Source of the DNA: Gammaproteobacteria bacterium
GTDB taxonomy: Bacteria; Pseudomonadota; Gammaproteobacteria; GCA-001735895
Reading direction: 5' to 3'
DNA length: 63,893 nt
NCBI GenBank assembly: GCA_024229615.1
Contig: JAAESG010000444.1
Coordinates: forward strand, 1 to 63,893
This document shows positions 60,659-63,893 of this stretch, piece after piece (position 1 is the stretch's first letter; every line of letters starts with the position of its first letter). The notes below the pieces were generated by a model. That model searched no databases. It had not been told where the DNA came from and saw nothing but the letters and a program-made list of their open reading frames with translations. The translations under genes and the position numbers were made by a program.

Positions 60659-61556
60659 GCGCTTGGTCCTCCCCTGTCTTGCTTTTACCGATCAAGTACA
60701 GCGACCCAATCAACAACAGTACGCTGAGCCACATCCAGGAGCTCGGGCGTTCAGCAAATATCACAATACCCCACAACACGCCGCTGATCACCATGAAGTA
60801 GTTCGCGTTTGAAGTGAAAATCGGTCCCTTGATCCGGATCAGTTCGAAGTAGAGGTATATATCGATCAGTGATATCGCCGCCATAAACAGTATTGCACTA
60901 TGCCCCTGGTTCCATGACTGTACGTCTTGCCACTGCCAGTTGAACATCGAAAACATGACCAGTAAAAAACTTCCACACAACGCTTCACCACAGGCAACCT
61001 GGTAGGAATCTGAATCAGGTGGCCAGTAACGCGCGGTAAAATTATGATGGATCGCGTAGCAGACCGGCACCACCATGGCTAACAGTAACCAGTGCCAGGC
61101 GACAGCCTCGCTAAGGTGTGCATCGGGCAACAGGATCGCAAATATTGCAATGGCGCCGAGTATAATACCGGCGACCCTGGATGAGTTAATGACATCGGTT
61201 TTCAGTATCCAGGCAAACAGCAGAGTCGCCAACGGCGCCATGCTGACGATTAGCGTCAACACACCGGCCGGCATATGCGCGATGACCAGCACCTCGGCGA
61301 TCATCGGCACCAGGTATCCGGAAAGCGCGCACACCAGGTAAAAGATGATGTGCCTGAGACTGAAGAGAGGTCTACGTCGGCGTAGCAGCGCAATCGCACT
61401 CATACCGATCGCGACGCCAACCGTCGCCAGGGTCAAAATCCCGGGGTAGGAAATGCCCGACAAGGCCGCGATTTTCAGCATCGAAAAGTAAAGACCCCAG
61501 CTACCGCCCAGGAATACCAGATAAAGAATCGGACGCGGCCCGGGAGTCGACCCCAT
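60642..61556 (-). CDS. DMT (EamA) family transporter
   Basis: 304 aa with about 10 TM segments. It is the first gene of a three-gene minus-strand unit with the amidohydrolase and the M81 peptidase. Confidence 0.82.
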   Translation of the reverse strand: MGSTPGPRPILYLVFLGGSWGLYFSMLKIAALSGISYPGILTLATVGVAIGMSAIALLRRRRPLFSLRHIIFYLVCALSGYLVPMIAEVLVIAHMPAGVLTLIVSMAPLATLLFAWILKTDVINSSRVAGIILGAIAIFAILLPDAHLSEAVAWHWLLLAMVVPVCYAIHHNFTARYWPPDSDSYQVACGEALCGSFLLVMFSMFNWQWQDVQSWNQGHSAILFMAAISLIDIYLYFELIRIKGPIFTSNANYFMVISGVLWGIVIFAERPSSWMWLSVLLLIGSLYLIGKSKTGEDQAHANEI

Positions 61557-61606
61557 GCTTGCCTTCGAACAATGAAACAGTCTGCAAGACTACAGCAGGG
61601 CCGAAC

Positions 61607-62767
61607 TCATTGATAGCCATCCGTCAGGGTGCGTAAAAATGCCGCTAAATCCTGTATTTCTGCCGCGCTCAGGTTCAGATTTCCAATGTTGCCGGCATTG
61701 TCGACGTTTTGCGCGACTTCCGGGATCACCGCGTCGACATCTCGCCGGTTGTAAAAATCAATGACCGCTTCAATACTGTCAAAAACACCGTTATGCATAT
61801 AGGGCGCAGTAGCGCCAATATTTCGTAGAGTCGGTGTTCTGAATTTTCCATTTTGATCCGCTTCGTTCAGTACCGCACCGAGTCCGCTATCAACAAAAGC
61901 GCTACCGTCAGGATTCAAGTCCACGGAAAGAGCCAGGAAGGGATTACTGGGATTGGGCGGAACGCCGATGTTCTTGTATTCGAAGTCACTGAAAATCGAG
62001 TTGGGTCCGGCGCGATGACAGCGGTTGCAATTTGCCTTTCCATTGAACAAATTACGACCGTTTTGCTCGGCCAGGGTAAAGACCTCGGTCCCCGCCATCA
62101 CCGCATCGAACTTGGAACTAAACGGTGAAAAAAAAGAACTGCGCTCAAACTCGGCAATGGCTTGTGAAATCTGCTGGTAAGCCTGGTCGACATCATCCAG
62201 GGCGTTATCGCCGAATACAGCAGCAAATTCACTGGCATAGGTCGAGATACGCAGTTGCTCGATGACCGCATCCCTGTCCGTCATATTCATTTCCAGAATA
62301 CCCAAAAATGGTCCCTGGGCCTGTAGTTCGAGGGTACTCGCACGGCCATCCCAAAACTGCCCACCTTCGTAATGACCACCGCCACCGCCACCGCCACCGC
62401 CACCGCCAAATACGAATCGAAATTCAGGTATGAATGCGGCATAACTTGCGGTCGGCGCATTACGAGCACCGAATCGACCCGTGACCGCACCTTCCGATAC
62501 GGGAAAATTCGAATCTGGATCAGCGAAGCCAGCGGTCGGCAAATGGCAACTGGCGCAGGATTGGCCCACCGGATTAGACAGGTTCTCGTCGAAATAAATC
62601 TCGCGCCCCAGCGCAGCCAGTTCCGATGTGGTTTCAGATGAAGTGCTACCTTCGTCTGAATTGTCACCGGAGCCATTCAAACCGCATCCGCTTAACAGCA
62701 AGACAAAAAGCAGGCAGATGGCAATACAATAATCAAGTTGCGACAGTGAAAAATTGAAATGTTTCAT
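61607..62767 (-). CDS. Di-haem cytochrome c peroxidase (CCP/MauG family) lipoprotein with a poly-Gly insert
   Basis: 386 aa. Lipobox LLLSGC, two haem-binding motifs (CASCH and CNRCH), the conserved FWDGRA and PYMHNG. An 11-Gly run precedes FWDGRA. Confidence 0.9.
   Translation of the reverse strand: MKHFNFSLSQLDYCIAICLLFVLLLSGCGLNGSGDNSDEGSTSSETTSELAALGREIYFDENLSNPVGQSCASCHLPTAGFADPDSNFPVSEGAVTGRFGARNAPTASYAAFIPEFRFVFGGGGGGGGGGGHYEGGQFWDGRASTLELQAQGPFLGILEMNMTDRDAVIEQLRISTYASEFAAVFGDNALDDVDQAYQQISQAIAEFERSSFFSPFSSKFDAVMAGTEVFTLAEQNGRNLFNGKANCNRCHRAGPNSIFSDFEYKNIGVPPNPSNPFLALSVDLNPDGSAFVDSGLGAVLNEADQNGKFRTPTLRNIGATAPYMHNGVFDSIEAVIDFYNRRDVDAVIPEVAQNVDNAGNIGNLNLSAAEIQDLAAFLRTLTDGYQ
62376..62407. 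repeat. Hexanucleotide tandem repeat (CCACCG)5, i.e. (GGTGGC)n on the coding strand
   Basis: Five perfect head-to-tail copies plus a partial one. It encodes the G11 run inside the peroxidase gene, and one-unit slippage stays in frame. Confidence 0.9.
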
Positions 62768-62924
62768 ACGGCACCTCTTCTGAATCGTTAATTCAGTATT
62801 GGCGGCAACCGTGCAAGCAATGTGTAAACAATGAGGAAGCTATTTTTAGTCGTGCCAAATGTGAAAAAGTTAACCCGAAATCACTACGACTCGGGTCAAC
62901 TCTGGATTTAGAAGAGGGATTAAT

Positions 62925-63281
62925 CTATTCAGTAGATGCCGGCCTTTGTGGGTGCCGGCGACGTTGCTGATGCAATTCGTGCATATAGTTTTCAAATTGG
63001 TAAAGCTGCTCGTGGTTCAGCACACTCAATAAGGCTTCGCGATGCTGTTGACGCATTTGTTGCCTTTCACTTCGATCCTGTTTGCGTTGTTGATGCTGTG
63101 CTTTCATCTCATTGTGGTGCTGCTGCACCAGCGCGGTCAATTTTGAGGCCTGTTCGCTATCGAGCTGCAGTTCATCGATAATTTCTGTGAGATCGGGACT
63201 GGTCTCTGAACCGGGTTGCATGGCCTGAACCGATAAACTGCCAAACAGCGCTACTACCAGCAGCAAGATGGTGGGTTTCAT
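62925..63281 (-). CDS. Spy/CpxP/ZraP-like periplasmic protein
   Basis: 118 aa with a signal peptide (LLLVVALFGSLSVQA). The helical, Q/R/H-rich body has LTxxQ-like segments (LDSEQASKLTAL; LNHEQLYQF). It lies directly downstream of a BaeR/CpxR-like regulator. Confidence 0.6.
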   Translation of the reverse strand: MKPTILLLVVALFGSLSVQAMQPGSETSPDLTEIIDELQLDSEQASKLTALVQQHHNEMKAQHQQRKQDRSERQQMRQQHREALLSVLNHEQLYQFENYMHELHQQRRRHPQRPASTE

Positions 63282-63364
63282 TGGATACTCCTGATTTGGT
63301 TTAAGGAAACCCGAGTATCCTCAAAATCTGTGCAAAGATAATGCAAACAATATGAAAGCAGTTG

Positions 63365-63893
63365 TTATTCGAATTTGTAACCCGCACCGTAAACCGAATG
63401 AATCGGATCTTCGTCGAGTCCCAGCTCAAACAGTCTTTTACGTAGCTTCTTGATGTGACTGTCAATGGTGCGATCGGTCACTATTCGATTATCCGCATAG
63501 ATCAGAGACATCAAATGATCCCTGGAATATATTCTTCCCGGACTATCGTGAAGCGCTTTAAACAGGCTGAATTCAACCTTGGTCAGATCGATATGCTTTC
63601 CCTTGAATCCGACTCGTAAAGCATCTACATCGAGCTTTAGCCCGGAATTTCCCAGCCCTGTCTTTTCAACGCGCCGCAAAATATTTTTGATTCTTGCAAT
63701 CACTTCGCGTGGACTAAAGGGTTTGCAGACATAGTCGTCCGCACCCAGTTCCAGACCAATCAGGCGATCAATCTCATCGACTTTGGCCGTGAGCATCATA
63801 ATCGGCAAGTTTGAGAACTGACGCACCTCCCTGCAGATTGTCAGGCCGTCTTTGCCAGGTAGCATCAGGTCGAGAATGAGGAAGGCCGGCTCA
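63365..63893 (-). CDS. OmpR/PhoB-family response regulator (BaeR/CpxR-like); the 5' end lies outside the window
   Basis: The receiver C-terminal part is FLILDLMLPGKDG...KPFSPREV. The winged-helix domain is IVTDRTIDSHIKKLRKRL...VYGAGYKFE, closest in my memory to BaeR. Confidence 0.9.
   Translation of the reverse strand, partial: EPAFLILDLMLPGKDGLTICREVRQFSNLPIMMLTAKVDEIDRLIGLELGADDYVCKPFSPREVIARIKNILRRVEKTGLGNSGLKLDVDALRVGFKGKHIDLTKVEFSLFKALHDSPGRIYSRDHLMSLIYADNRIVTDRTIDSHIKKLRKRLFELGLDEDPIHSVYGAGYKFE

Overview
This is a 63.9 kb chromosomal segment with gammaproteobacterial-type synteny (an inference from gene order; no search was run). About two thirds is a nearly unbroken minus-strand run of housekeeping genes: tolQRAB-pal-cpoB followed by tRNA-Lys, then ruvCAB-yebC, gpmI, hisBHAFIE-tatABC, dtd-pip, ttcA, trkHA, an ntrYX-like pair, and DUF4390-rsmB-fmt-def. 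A plus-strand block follows: LysM/TsaP-like, dprA, smg, topA, tsaC, hemF. From about 41.5 kb the content is more accessory (small catabolic genes, transporters, an envelope-stress module).

Five things stand out:
1. A 1879-aa cytoplasmic SARP/BTAD regulator carries four complete tandem sensor modules (TolB-N-like domain plus TPR, about 1.2 kb period) at 52671-58310.
2. An unannotated Csr/Rsm-type sRNA candidate sits at 22147-22385. It has a TGTAGG-N6-CCTACA GacA/UvrY-type box, five GGA motifs and a Rho-independent terminator.
3. A decayed tRNA-Lys island at the left edge holds an integrase fragment cut by a truncated rve transposase. The transposase remnant abuts a 2.47 kb double-propeller/Y_Y_Y sensor gene that is absent from the supplied ORF track.
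4. Two long structured palindromic or TIR-flanked intergenic elements lie at 20579-20741 and 43095-43306.
5. Smaller oddities include an in-frame (GGTGGC)5 poly-Gly repeat in a cytochrome c peroxidase and a LysE gene with no canonical start codon.

No CRISPR array, rRNA or prophage was seen. All family assignments come from motif recognition in the translations. No database search was run.
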